Shown here: one piece after another, positions 49,496-58,449 of the stretch
Position numbering within the stretch: position 1 is the first letter of the stretch
How the letters are laid out: each line of letters begins with the position of its first letter
NCBI GenBank assembly: GCA_963713095.1
Contig: CAVQKK010000001.1
Coordinates: 338,054-402,053, forward strand
Direction of reading: 5' to 3'
DNA: 64,000 nucleotides
From: an uncultured Chloroflexia bacterium
GTDB lineage: Bacteria; Chloroflexota; Limnocylindria; Limnocylindrales; CSP1-4
Program-made: the position numbers and the translations under genes
The notes under the pieces: model-generated
Told to the model about the DNA's origin: nothing
What the model saw: the letters and a program-made list of their open reading frames with translations, nothing else
Database searches by the model: none

Positions 49496-50368
49496 ATGAG
49501 CTACACGGACACTCTCCTCGCCTCGGGTGAGCGCATCCTGCGTCGGTCCCGGCAGCACTGGTTCGTGATGGCCTGGAACTCGCGCTGGGCCATCGTCGCC
49601 GTGATCGCCGCCGTGGCGCTGCTGATCCTGCGCCTGGCGATCTCGGGCAGCAGCCTGATCCTGGACATCCTGGGCTACGTGACCCTGCTGCTGTTCGTGA
49701 TCGGGCTGGTCGTCGTCGCGTGGGGCTGGATCAGGTACCAGAACGAGGAGTTCGTGATCACGAGCCGGCGGATCATCCACGTGTCGGGCGTGGTCAACAA
49801 GAAGGCCTCGGATTCGTCGCTCGAGATGATCAACGACGCCGTGCTCACCGAGAGCATGTTCGGCCGCATGTTCGGCTTCGGCGACCTCGATGTCCTGACC
49901 GCGTCCGAGAACGGCGACGAGCGGCTGCGCATGCTCAGGGAAGCAAAGTCGTTCAAGAAGGCCATGATCGAGGCCAAGCACGACCTGGCGATCGAGCTGG
50001 AGCGCCCGACGGGGCCGCCGATCCGGAGCACCGCGCCGGGAGCGCCCGGCACGGGCGGGCCGGCACCGGCACCGCCCGCCCGCCCTGCGTCGTCTCCGAC
50101 GCTGACCGGGGACGCGGCACCCGACCCGGCGATGCCGGGCTGGGGAACGGGCGGGCCTGCCTCGGCGCCGCCGCCACCCCCGACGCGCTCGGCCGGCTCG
50201 GCCACGGGGCCGACTGTGGCGGCGCCAGGTCCGGGCAGCCAGCCCGCCGAGATGAGCGGTGGCGAGGTGACCGACGCGCTCGACCGGCTGGGCGACCTGC
50301 GTGATCGTGGGATCGTGACCGAGGAGGAGTTCGAGGCCAAGAAGCGGGAGCTGCTCGACCGGCTCTAG
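49496..50368 (+). CDS. Membrane protein with bacterial PH domain, Pro-rich linker and C-terminal SHOCT domain
   Basis: Two TMs, FVITSRRII..SGV, GRMFGFGDL; LDRLGDLRDRGIVTEEEFEAKKRELL. Confidence 0.85.
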   Translation: MSYTDTLLASGERILRRSRQHWFVMAWNSRWAIVAVIAAVALLILRLAISGSSLILDILGYVTLLLFVIGLVVVAWGWIRYQNEEFVITSRRIIHVSGVVNKKASDSSLEMINDAVLTESMFGRMFGFGDLDVLTASENGDERLRMLREAKSFKKAMIEAKHDLAIELERPTGPPIRSTAPGAPGTGGPAPAPPARPASSPTLTGDAAPDPAMPGWGTGGPASAPPPPPTRSAGSATGPTVAAPGPGSQPAEMSGGEVTDALDRLGDLRDRGIVTEEEFEAKKRELLDRL

Positions 50369-50418
50369 GGTCCGCCCGGTACCATACGCGGGTTCCCACG
50401 TTCCACCACGAGGCCCGC

Positions 50419-51048
50419 GTGTCCATCACCCCGCTCGACATCGTCCTGATCGCGATCTTCCTGCTGGTCGCGTTCCCCGTCCACGAGTTCGCCCACGCCG
50501 CCGCCGCATACCTGCTGGGCGACGCGACGGCGAAGCTGTTCGGCCGCCTCACGCTCAACCCGGTGGCCCACTTCGATCCCATGGGCGGGCTGATGACGGT
50601 GATCTCGATCCTGTTCAGCCCGATCCTGTTCGGCTGGGCCAAGCCGACCCCGGTCAATCCGGCGAATCTGCGCGACCGGCGGAACGGCGAGCTGTATGTG
50701 GCCCTCGCCGGGCCGGTGTCGAACCTGGTGATGGCGGTGCTGGGCGCGATCGTGATCCGGGTGATGCTTGCCTTCGACGTCAGCCGCACCCTGCCGGATT
50801 TCGCGTACCAGACGCTGTTCCTGTTCGTCGTGTTCAACGTCGCCCTGGCCCTGTTCAACCTGATCCCGATCCCGCCGCTCGACGGATCGGCGATCCTGTT
50901 CCGGTTCCTGTCGCCGCGACAGGTGTGGGAGATCCGCCCGTTCCTCGCGCAGTACGGGATCTTCATCCTCCTGTTCGCCGTGCTGTTCCTGGGCCGGGTG
51001 CTCAGCGATGTGATCTTCGGTGTCTCGCACTTCCTGGTGGGCGCGTAA
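50419..51048 (+). CDS. Site-2 protease family (M50) intramembrane metalloprotease
   Basis: HEFAH, GRLTLNP, AGPVSN, FNLIPIPPLDG. Confidence 0.94.
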   Translation: MSITPLDIVLIAIFLLVAFPVHEFAHAAAAYLLGDATAKLFGRLTLNPVAHFDPMGGLMTVISILFSPILFGWAKPTPVNPANLRDRRNGELYVALAGPVSNLVMAVLGAIVIRVMLAFDVSRTLPDFAYQTLFLFVVFNVALALFNLIPIPPLDGSAILFRFLSPRQVWEIRPFLAQYGIFILLFAVLFLGRVLSDVIFGVSHFLVGA

Positions 51049-51517
51049 GGCGCGCCAGCTCCGGATCCACCTGGCGGCGCGGGTGAGTCCGGAGGAGCGG
51101 GCCGCGCTGGCCGCCTGGCTGCGTCCGTCGGAGCTGGCGCTGTTCGACGCGATGCATGTCGCGGATCGCCGTCACGGGCTCGACGTCGTCGATGCGCTTC
51201 GCCGCTCGGGCGTTCACGATCGGGACGTGCTGGTCGCCGGGCTGCTCCACGACTGCGCCAAGGGCGATACCGGCCCGGGGCCGCGGGTTGCCTGGTCGCT
51301 GGGTGAGGCGTACGGCGGATGGGTGGTGAGGCTCGCCGTGCTCGTCCCGGGGTGGCGGACCGCGCTGGATCGGCTGCGGGACCACGCCGAGGCGTCGGCC
51401 GCCATGGTCGAGGCGGCCGGGCTGCCCCCTCGGGCCGTCGATCTGGTGCGGTACCAGTCGGCTCCGCACGATCCGGAGTTCGGCCCCCGGTTCCGCGCTG
51501 CGGACGAGGCCTCCTGA
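51020..51517 (+). CDS. Small HD-domain protein
   Basis: DRRHGL, GLLHDCAK, HAEASA, C-terminal AADE. Confidence 0.8.
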   Translation: MSRTSWWARKARQLRIHLAARVSPEERAALAAWLRPSELALFDAMHVADRRHGLDVVDALRRSGVHDRDVLVAGLLHDCAKGDTGPGPRVAWSLGEAYGGWVVRLAVLVPGWRTALDRLRDHAEASAAMVEAAGLPPRAVDLVRYQSAPHDPEFGPRFRAADEAS

Positions 51518-51543
51518 TGACGGTAGCCGAGACATCCCGATGA
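51517..51543 (+). CDS. Putative 8-aa bridging micro-ORF MTVAETSR
   Basis: TGATG overlap with the HD gene stop and ATGA overlap with the scpA start. Confidence 0.35.
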   Translation: MTVAETSR

Positions 51544-52406
51544 CGATGAACGCCCTGCCCGCGGTCGCCTTCGGCGAGGGCCGGCGGCCCGAGGCTGCCA
51601 CCCGGGTCACGCTGCCGGCGTTCGATGGGCCGCTGGCGCTGTTGCTGGCGCTGATCGAGGCTCGCCAGCTCGACGTCCTGACCGTGCCGCTGGGCGCCCT
51701 CGCCGAGGCGTATCTCGATGCGCTGGCAACGCTCGACGAGGACCGGATGGGCCACGTGTCGACGTTCGTCGCGGTCGCCAGCCAGCTGATCCTGATCAAG
51801 TCCCGGGCGCTGCTGCCGAGGCGTGCCGTCGAGGGCGCGGTCGCGCTGCCCGACGAGGGGCCCGACCCGGAGGCGGAGCTGCGGGCGCGGCTGATCCTCT
51901 ACCGCGCCTTCCGTGATGCGGGTGCGCGCCTGCTCGACGAGGCGCAGCGTCGCGTGGGCCTGTTCCACCGCGAGCCGGGCCCCGCGCGCGTCGCAGGCCT
52001 GGCCGGCGCACGTCCTGCCGAGACCGAGCCGCTGTCGCCGTCGCTGCTGACGATGGCCCTCGCGGGCCTTGCCCGGATCGTCCCGCCGCCGCCGCCGCCG
52101 CCCGAGACGATCCGTCGAGCGGTGACCCTGAGCTCGCGAGCGGCGATCATCCGCGAGGCGCTCCGCGGGGCGCCCGCGATCGTGCTCCAGGACGTGCTGC
52201 GCGGCGTTCGCGACCGGGTCGTGGTGGCGGTGACATTTCTTGCCATGCTGGAGCTGATGAAGCGCCGCGAGATCGTCGTCGAGCAGGCGGAGCCGTGGGG
52301 TCCGATCGTGGCCCGGCGGACCACCGCGGAGGAGCGCGCAACGGCGGGGGTGGCGGCGATCGACGACGAGTCGCCCCTGGACGAGTCGCTGGGGTCGTTC
52401 GCGTGA
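51540..52406 (+). CDS. scpA: Segregation/condensation protein A
   Basis: FDGPLALLLALI, LILIKSRALLP, TFLAMLELMK...EQAEPWGPI. Confidence 0.93.
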   Translation: MTMNALPAVAFGEGRRPEAATRVTLPAFDGPLALLLALIEARQLDVLTVPLGALAEAYLDALATLDEDRMGHVSTFVAVASQLILIKSRALLPRRAVEGAVALPDEGPDPEAELRARLILYRAFRDAGARLLDEAQRRVGLFHREPGPARVAGLAGARPAETEPLSPSLLTMALAGLARIVPPPPPPPETIRRAVTLSSRAAIIREALRGAPAIVLQDVLRGVRDRVVVAVTFLAMLELMKRREIVVEQAEPWGPIVARRTTAEERATAGVAAIDDESPLDESLGSFA

Positions 52407-53077
52407 TCGAGCGAGACCCGGCCGAGCAGGCCCGGGAGGCCACCGATGGACCCGGCGTGACGGAGACGCCGGCCCTCGGCGCGCTGACCGAGGCGCAGCT
52501 CGAGGCACTCCTGTTCGTCGCCGAGAAGCCCCTGTCGCGGCGCGAGATCGGGGCCCTCGCCGGCGTGGATCGGACAACCGTGGACGCGTGCCTGGGCGAC
52601 CTCGAGGTCTCGCTCGCGAGTCGCGGCATCCGGATGATCCTGTCCGAGGACCGGGTGGAGCTGACGACCGCGCCCGAGGCCGGGGCCCTCATCGCCCGCT
52701 ATGTCGGGGCCGACGCCGTCCGGCTGTCACCCGCGGCGCTCGAGACGCTCGCGATCGTCGCCTACCGCCAGCCCGTGACCCGGGCCCTGATCGAGCGGAT
52801 CCGGGGCGTCGACTCCGACTACACCCTGCGAACGCTGCTGCACCGCCGTCTGATCGTGGAGCTGGGCCGTTCCAACGCGCCGGGCCGTCCGTACCTCTAC
52901 GGCACGGGCTTCGAGTTCCTGGAGCGCTTCGGGATCACCACGCTCGAGGATCTGCCGCCGCTGGACGTGGAGGTGGCTGCGCGGCTGATCGACGCGCAAC
53001 CGGCACCCTCTGCGGACCAGCCCGCCGTGGATCCGGACGGCTCGGGCACCCACAGCCCCGACGCCGGCGCAGGCTGA
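52403..53077 (+). CDS. scpB: Segregation/condensation protein B
   Basis: LEALLFVA, LSPAALETLAIVAYRQPVTR, IRGV, GRPYLYGT..FLERFG. Confidence 0.95.
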   Translation: MIERDPAEQAREATDGPGVTETPALGALTEAQLEALLFVAEKPLSRREIGALAGVDRTTVDACLGDLEVSLASRGIRMILSEDRVELTTAPEAGALIARYVGADAVRLSPAALETLAIVAYRQPVTRALIERIRGVDSDYTLRTLLHRRLIVELGRSNAPGRPYLYGTGFEFLERFGITTLEDLPPLDVEVAARLIDAQPAPSADQPAVDPDGSGTHSPDAGAG

Positions 53078-53080
53078 CCG

Positions 53081-53857
53081 GTGCCACCCGAGCGGATCTC
53101 GAAGGTGCTGGCAGGGGCCGGAGTCGCGTCCCGCCGTGGCGCCGACGAGCTCTTGGCCGCGGGCCGGGTGAGCGTCGACGGCCGGCCGGCCGCGGTCGGG
53201 GAGCGCGTGGATCCGGCCACCCAGTCGATCCTCGTGGACGGACGGCCGGTGGAGGCTGCTGCACAACGGCATGTCCACTTCGTGCTCCACAAGCCCGCCG
53301 GTGTCACGTCCACCGTCCGCGATCGCCACGCCGGGACGACCGTGATCGACCTCGTGCCCCCCGAGCTCGCCGGCGACGCCCGGCTGTACCCGGTCGGTCG
53401 GCTGGACCAGGACTCCGAGGGGCTGCTGCTGCTGACCAACGATGGCGACTGGGCCGAGCACGTCCTCCATCCCCGCTACGAGGTCGAACGTGAGTACGCC
53501 CTCGCCCTGGGTGGCCCCCTGGCGCGGGAGCAGGTCGAAAGGCTCCAGACGGGCGTCACGCTGGCGGAGGGCACAGCCGCCGTGACCGGCCTGCGCGTCC
53601 AGACGCGAACCGAGGATCGCCGCCTCGCGGATCTCCTGGAGCCGCCGCCAGACCCCGGGCTGACCTGGGTGAGGGTTACGATCCACCAGGGATGGAAGCG
53701 CCAGCTGCGTCGGATGTTCGCCGAGGTTGGCGCGCCCGTTCGCCGTCTCGTCCGCGTCCGGATCGGGACACTGCGCCTGGAGTCGCTCGTGAGCGGCGAG
53801 GTCCGCGCCCTGACAGCCGCCGAGGTTCGCCGGCTCGTGTCCTCGAGGAGGGCCTGA
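53081..53857 (+). CDS. rluB: rRNA pseudouridine synthase, RluB/RsuA family
   Basis: S4 domain, HKPAG, YPVGRLDQDSEGLLLLTNDG, LVRVRIG; follows scpAB. Confidence 0.88.
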   Translation: MPPERISKVLAGAGVASRRGADELLAAGRVSVDGRPAAVGERVDPATQSILVDGRPVEAAAQRHVHFVLHKPAGVTSTVRDRHAGTTVIDLVPPELAGDARLYPVGRLDQDSEGLLLLTNDGDWAEHVLHPRYEVEREYALALGGPLAREQVERLQTGVTLAEGTAAVTGLRVQTRTEDRRLADLLEPPPDPGLTWVRVTIHQGWKRQLRRMFAEVGAPVRRLVRVRIGTLRLESLVSGEVRALTAAEVRRLVSSRRA

Positions 53858-53926
53858 GCCCAGGTCCCGCGCGACCCGCAGGCGGTTGACGGCTCGCCGA
53901 GGTCCGCGGCCCGCTATGCTCGGCTC

Positions 53927-55549
53927 ATGCCCGGTTCCAGCGAGGTCGCAAACGTCCGCGCCCGTCGATCGCGCGCTACGCCGAGGCGGTCGACGATCGT
54001 CGTCGCGATCGATGGACCTGCGTCGAGTGGCAAGAGCAGCGTGGGTGCCGCCGCGGCCGGCAGGCTCGGCCTGCGGTTTCTCGACACCGGTCTCATCTAC
54101 CGGGCGCTGACCGCGCTCGCGCTGCACGAGGGCGTGTCCGTGGGCAACCCGGGTGGGCTGGTCCCGCTCGTCGACCGGATCACCCTTGCCGATGACGGCA
54201 CCGGCCGGCTGACCCGCGTGATGCTCGACGGCGTGGATGCGACCGATGAGGCCCGGAGCCCCGAGGTCGACGCGTCCGTGTCGGCCGTGGCCCGCCTCGC
54301 GGCGGTCCGGACGGCGCTGCTCGATCGCCAGCGCGACCTGTCATCTGGGGGCGGGATCGTGGTGGCCGGGCGTGACATCGGAACGGTGGTGCTGCCCGAT
54401 GCTGATCTGAAGCTGTTCCTCGATGCGTCCGTCGAGGAGCGGGCGGCTCGCCGGATCAGCGAGCGCGGTCTGGATCCCGATAGCGATGAGGCTGGTGCCG
54501 TCCGCGACCAGCTCCGTGCCCGCGACGAGCAGGACCGGACGCGCGCGGTGTCGCCGCTTCGCCCGGCCGACGACGCCCGGATCATGGCGACCGACGGCAA
54601 CACGTTCGAGCAGACGGTCGATCTCGTGACGGCGGCGATCGAGGCGGCCGAGGAAGTGCGGGGAGACACGTCGCCCCGGTCACCGGCTGCTGCTGCCGCG
54701 ACGGATGAGCTCACGTCGGCGCCGACCACCACGACATCCGGGCCAGGGCCTGTCCCTGCGTCGGGGCCGGCGCGCTCCCGCACCAGCCGCACCGGGCTGC
54801 TCGAGGTCGCGATGCGTCTCGACAACGACCTGAGCATGCTGGTCCGGATGGTCGCGCTCGTCTCGCGCATCGGTGCCAGGCTGTTCGCCAACGTGGACGT
54901 CAAGGGCCTCGACCGGATCCCACGGACCGGCCCGGTGATCCTGGCCATCAACCACGCGTCCAACGCCGATCCGTTCGTGACCGGCGCCTGGATCACAACC
55001 GCCCTGCACCGCCGCCGGATCCACTGGCTGGGCAAGGAGGAGCTGTTCGCCTGGCCGATCTTCGGCTGGCTGGTGGCCAACGGAGGCGTGCACCCGCTCG
55101 CCCGCGGGACCGCCGACATCGAGTCCTACCGGCTGGCCACTCGGATCCTCGAGCGCGGCTACGTGCTGCTCATCTTCCCCGAGGGCACCCGGAGCCCCGA
55201 TGGCGCGCTCCAGGAGGCAAAGGACGGGATGGCGACGCTCGCCATGCGGACCGGGGCGACGATCGTGCCGATCGGCGTCAACGACTCGGACCGCGTATGG
55301 CCAAAGGGCCGCAGGATCCCGCATCCGATCCCGCGTCGAACGATCAGGGTCCGCATCGGCGAGCCGTTCGCCATCGCCGACGTGGTCCCGGCCGGTGCGG
55401 ATCGCCGCGCCGCCAAGCGGATCGCCACCACCGCCATCATGGGCCGGATCGCCGCGCTGCTCGAGCCGCGCCAGCGAGGCTTCTATGCCAATTCCGTGCC
55501 CGGCGAGGACGCGGGAAGGAACGGCAGGCAAGGTCCGCCGTCCACGTAG
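53927..55549 (+). CDS. cmk: Fusion of cytidylate kinase and PlsC-type acyltransferase
   Basis: AIDGPASSGKSS, DTGLIYR, GRDIGTVV; Pro/Thr linker; NHASNAD (HX4D) and IFPEGTRS. Confidence 0.92.
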   Translation: MPGSSEVANVRARRSRATPRRSTIVVAIDGPASSGKSSVGAAAAGRLGLRFLDTGLIYRALTALALHEGVSVGNPGGLVPLVDRITLADDGTGRLTRVMLDGVDATDEARSPEVDASVSAVARLAAVRTALLDRQRDLSSGGGIVVAGRDIGTVVLPDADLKLFLDASVEERAARRISERGLDPDSDEAGAVRDQLRARDEQDRTRAVSPLRPADDARIMATDGNTFEQTVDLVTAAIEAAEEVRGDTSPRSPAAAAATDELTSAPTTTTSGPGPVPASGPARSRTSRTGLLEVAMRLDNDLSMLVRMVALVSRIGARLFANVDVKGLDRIPRTGPVILAINHASNADPFVTGAWITTALHRRRIHWLGKEELFAWPIFGWLVANGGVHPLARGTADIESYRLATRILERGYVLLIFPEGTRSPDGALQEAKDGMATLAMRTGATIVPIGVNDSDRVWPKGRRIPHPIPRRTIRVRIGEPFAIADVVPAGADRRAAKRIATTAIMGRIAALLEPRQRGFYANSVPGEDAGRNGRQGPPST

Positions 55550-55603
55550 AGCCCGGGTTCCCGAGGGGCACGATCGCCGGACGTGTGCGAACATCGACCG
55601 GCC

Positions 55604-56575
55604 ATGGGAAGCGTAGAGGCCGTCCGAATCGCCAAGCGCACCGGGTTCTGCTACGGCGTCCGTGAGGCCATCGACAAGGCCAAGGAGTCGGCGGCGACCG
55701 GGCAGCTCACCCATACCCTCGGACAGGTGGTTCACAACGAAGGCGTGATCCACGAGCTCCAGGAGATCGGCGTTCGCAGCGTGGACTCGCTCGACGACGT
55801 GGACCACGGGGCCGCGGTGGTCATTCGTGCCCACGGCGTCAAGCCCGAGGTGTTCGAGCGCGCCGAGGCTCGCGGGCTGGAGGTCATCGACGGCACCTGC
55901 ACCTGGGTGATCCAGGAGCAGCGCCAGCTCCAGGAGCTGGTCGAGGAGGGCTACACGATCGTCCTGCTCGGCACTCCGAAGCACCCCGAGGTCGTCGGCC
56001 TGCTGGGCTTCGCCCCGGATGCGATCGTGGTCGACGAGGAGGAGGACTGGGTCCGGATCCCACGCCGCAAGCGGATGGCGCTCATCACCCAGTCCACGCA
56101 GCCGCCGTGGAAGTTCGAGAAGCTGGCTGCGTTCCTCGTCTCGAGAGCGCACGAGCTCAAGATCGTCAACACCGTGTGTCCGGTCACGATCCGGCGCCAG
56201 GAGGACACGCTCGAGACGGCGCGGGACGTGGACCTGATGGTGGTCGTGGGTGGCCGCCACTCGGCGAACACCAAGGAGCTGACGCGGCTGTGCCAGATCG
56301 TGGGCACCCGTGCGATCCAGGTCGAGAACGCCGGCGATCTCGATGACGCAAGCGTGTTCGATGATGTCCGCGTGGTCGGGGTGACCGGTGGCACCTCGAC
56401 CCCGATCGAGGACCTGCGCGACGTTGCCGAGCGGATCCTTCGCCTCGGTGGCACGAATGAGGCTTCGGCCCGGGCCGCCGAGCTCGCCCGCGGCGCGCTG
56501 GGCGCCGCCGCGCACCCGGCCGGCCGGACGACCTCGCTGCCCACCCTCACGCCGACGCCCGCCGGCGCGGCCTGA
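55604..56575 (+). CDS. ispH: 4-hydroxy-3-methylbut-2-enyl diphosphate reductase
   Basis: GFCYGV, VHN, RAHG, DGTCTWV, HPEV, NTVCPVT..RQ, SANT, GVTGGTSTP. Confidence 0.96.
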   Translation: MGSVEAVRIAKRTGFCYGVREAIDKAKESAATGQLTHTLGQVVHNEGVIHELQEIGVRSVDSLDDVDHGAAVVIRAHGVKPEVFERAEARGLEVIDGTCTWVIQEQRQLQELVEEGYTIVLLGTPKHPEVVGLLGFAPDAIVVDEEEDWVRIPRRKRMALITQSTQPPWKFEKLAAFLVSRAHELKIVNTVCPVTIRRQEDTLETARDVDLMVVVGGRHSANTKELTRLCQIVGTRAIQVENAGDLDDASVFDDVRVVGVTGGTSTPIEDLRDVAERILRLGGTNEASARAAELARGALGAAAHPAGRTTSLPTLTPTPAGAA

Positions 56576-56580
56576 TCGCC

Positions 56581-58164
56581 GTGCCTGCCCGCTCGGCCGG
56601 CCTTCCGGTGGTCGCCCTCGTCGGCCGACCCAACGTGGGCAAGAGCACGCTGTTCAACCGGATCGTGGGCGACGCGCGCGCGGCGATCGTCGAGGACCGG
56701 GCGCGGACCACGCGGGACCGTCTGTACGGCGACGCCGAGTGGAACGGGCGACGCTTCGTGGTGGTCGACACCGGCGGCCTCGAGATGACGCCCGATGACC
56801 CGATCGAGGCGCAGGTCCAGCTGCAGGCGAAGCTGGCGATCAACGAGGCGGACGTGATCGTGTTCCTGGTGGACGCGGTCACAGGCCCGACGCCCGCCGA
56901 CGACGATGCTGCGGACCTGCTCCGCCGGACGACCAAGCCGGTGCTGGTCGCGGCGAACAAGGCTGACAACGATCGGCGCGAGCTCGACGCCGCGGAGTTC
57001 TACGCGTTCGGCTGGGAGCACACGTTTGCCATCTCGGCCAGCCATGGTCGGGGTGTCGCCGACCTGCTGGACGCCGTGGTCTGGGTGCTGCCTCCCGAAT
57101 CCGATGCGGAGATCGCCCGCAAGGCCCGCGAGGCCGAGGCCGAGGTCTGGGCGAAGGAGATGGCCCGGGCGCGGCCCGATCCGTACATCGTGGGCGACCC
57201 GTCGACCGCCGATGAGGACGACGAGGACGGGGATGCCGACGGATCGGACGAGGAGCCGGGTGCGGGCACGAGCAACGAGATTGCCGCCCGTTGGGATGCC
57301 GCGATGGCCGCCGAGGACGACGAGCCGCCCGGGATCGCGTTCGTCGGCCGCCCGAACGTCGGCAAGTCGAGCCTGCTCAACGCGCTGCTGGGTTATACGC
57401 GCACGATCGTGTCCGACGTGCCGGGCACCACCCGCGACGCGATCGACACCACGATCTCCTGGGGGCGGAGCGAGGTCGTCCTCATCGACACCGCCGGCAT
57501 CCGCAAGCGGGGCAAGGTCGCCTCGGGACCCGCCGCCGAGCGCTACTCGGCGCTGCGCGCGCTCAAGGCGATCTCGCGGGCGGACGTGGCGGTCCTGGTG
57601 CTCGACGCGGTCGATGGGCTTACCGCCCAGGACGCCCACGTGGCCGGCTACGTGGTGGAGGAGGGGAGAGGCCTCGTCATCGCGGTCAACAAGTGGGACA
57701 TCGTCGAGGACAAGACCCACCGATCGTTCGACGAGTTCGTGGCCGACCTCCGGCGCGAGCTGCCGTTCATCGGCTATGCGCCGGTCGTCTCGATCAGCGC
57801 CAAGACCGGGCAGCGGGTGGGGCGCGTGCTCGAGCTCGCGGTCGATGCCTGGGGTGAGCGCCGCAAGCGGATCCCGACCGGAGAGCTCAACCGGCTGGTT
57901 GCCGCGTCCGTCGAGCGGACGCCGCCGGCGATGGTCCGGGGGCGCCGGTCGAAGATCCGGTACGCGACGCAGGCGGGCGTGGCGCCGCCCACGTTCGTGT
58001 TCTTCGCCACGGATCCGGCGTCGCTCCATTTCTCGTACCGCCGCTACCTCGAGAACCGTCTGCGCGACGCCTACGGCTTCGACGGGACGCCGATCCGGCT
58101 CGTGTTCCGCGAGCAGGTGCGCGAGAAGCGGGAGCGGAAGCGAGCGCGCGCCAGGAGGCGCTGA
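56581..58164 (+). CDS. der: Ribosome biogenesis GTPase Der (EngA)
   Basis: Two GRPNVGKS G-domains (DTGG, NKAD; DTAG, NKWD), acidic linker, KH-like C-terminus. Confidence 0.97.
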   Translation: MPARSAGLPVVALVGRPNVGKSTLFNRIVGDARAAIVEDRARTTRDRLYGDAEWNGRRFVVVDTGGLEMTPDDPIEAQVQLQAKLAINEADVIVFLVDAVTGPTPADDDAADLLRRTTKPVLVAANKADNDRRELDAAEFYAFGWEHTFAISASHGRGVADLLDAVVWVLPPESDAEIARKAREAEAEVWAKEMARARPDPYIVGDPSTADEDDEDGDADGSDEEPGAGTSNEIAARWDAAMAAEDDEPPGIAFVGRPNVGKSSLLNALLGYTRTIVSDVPGTTRDAIDTTISWGRSEVVLIDTAGIRKRGKVASGPAAERYSALRALKAISRADVAVLVLDAVDGLTAQDAHVAGYVVEEGRGLVIAVNKWDIVEDKTHRSFDEFVADLRRELPFIGYAPVVSISAKTGQRVGRVLELAVDAWGERRKRIPTGELNRLVAASVERTPPAMVRGRRSKIRYATQAGVAPPTFVFFATDPASLHFSYRRYLENRLRDAYGFDGTPIRLVFREQVREKRERKRARARRR

Positions 58165-58292
58165 TCGGCACCGGATCGGGGACGGGATCAGGGGCCGACG
58201 GGCCAGTGGGCTGCCGGGACCGACCCTCGTGGCGACGCGAGCGGAGGTACCGGCTGGGGGCCACCGCACGGCGGTGATAGACTCGCGCCCGT

Positions 58293-58369
58293 CGGGGCGT
58301 GGCGCAGCCTGGTAGCGCACCTGAATGGGGTTCAGGAGGTCGAGCGTTCGAATCGCTCCGCCCCGACCA
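58293..58369 (+). tRNA. tRNA-Pro(GGG)
   Basis: Acceptor CGGGGCG/CGCCCCG-ACCA, D arm with TGGTAG, anticodon stem CCTGA/TCAGG with loop ATGGGGT, TTCGAAT T loop; TAGACT -10 at 58278. Confidence 0.96.
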
Positions 58370-58384
58370 TCGATCTAAGCACGA

Positions 58385-58420
58385 GAAGGGCCCCCGGAGC
58401 GATCCGGGGGCCCTTCGTTT
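58385..58420 (+). terminator. GC-rich hairpin, probable terminator between the tRNA and the integrase
   Basis: GAAGGGCCCCCGGA-GCGA-TCCGGGGGCCCTTC followed by GTTT. Confidence 0.75.
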
Positions 58421-58424
58421 GGGT

Positions 58425-58448
58425 GCCGTACCCAACGCCGTACCCAAC
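58425..58448 (+). repeat. Tandem 12-mer GCCGTACCCAAC x2, candidate integrase arm-type sites
   Basis: Perfect tandem copies between the tRNA and the integrase stop. Confidence 0.6.
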
Positions 58449-58449
58449 A

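Noticed and set aside
323-58320. Many very long antisense or alternate-frame ORFs (e.g. 4730-8326, 7311-10547, 23661-27110, 32385-35048)
   Set aside because: Shadow frames expected at this GC content; Arg/Pro/Gly-rich, motif-free and overlapping well-supported genes
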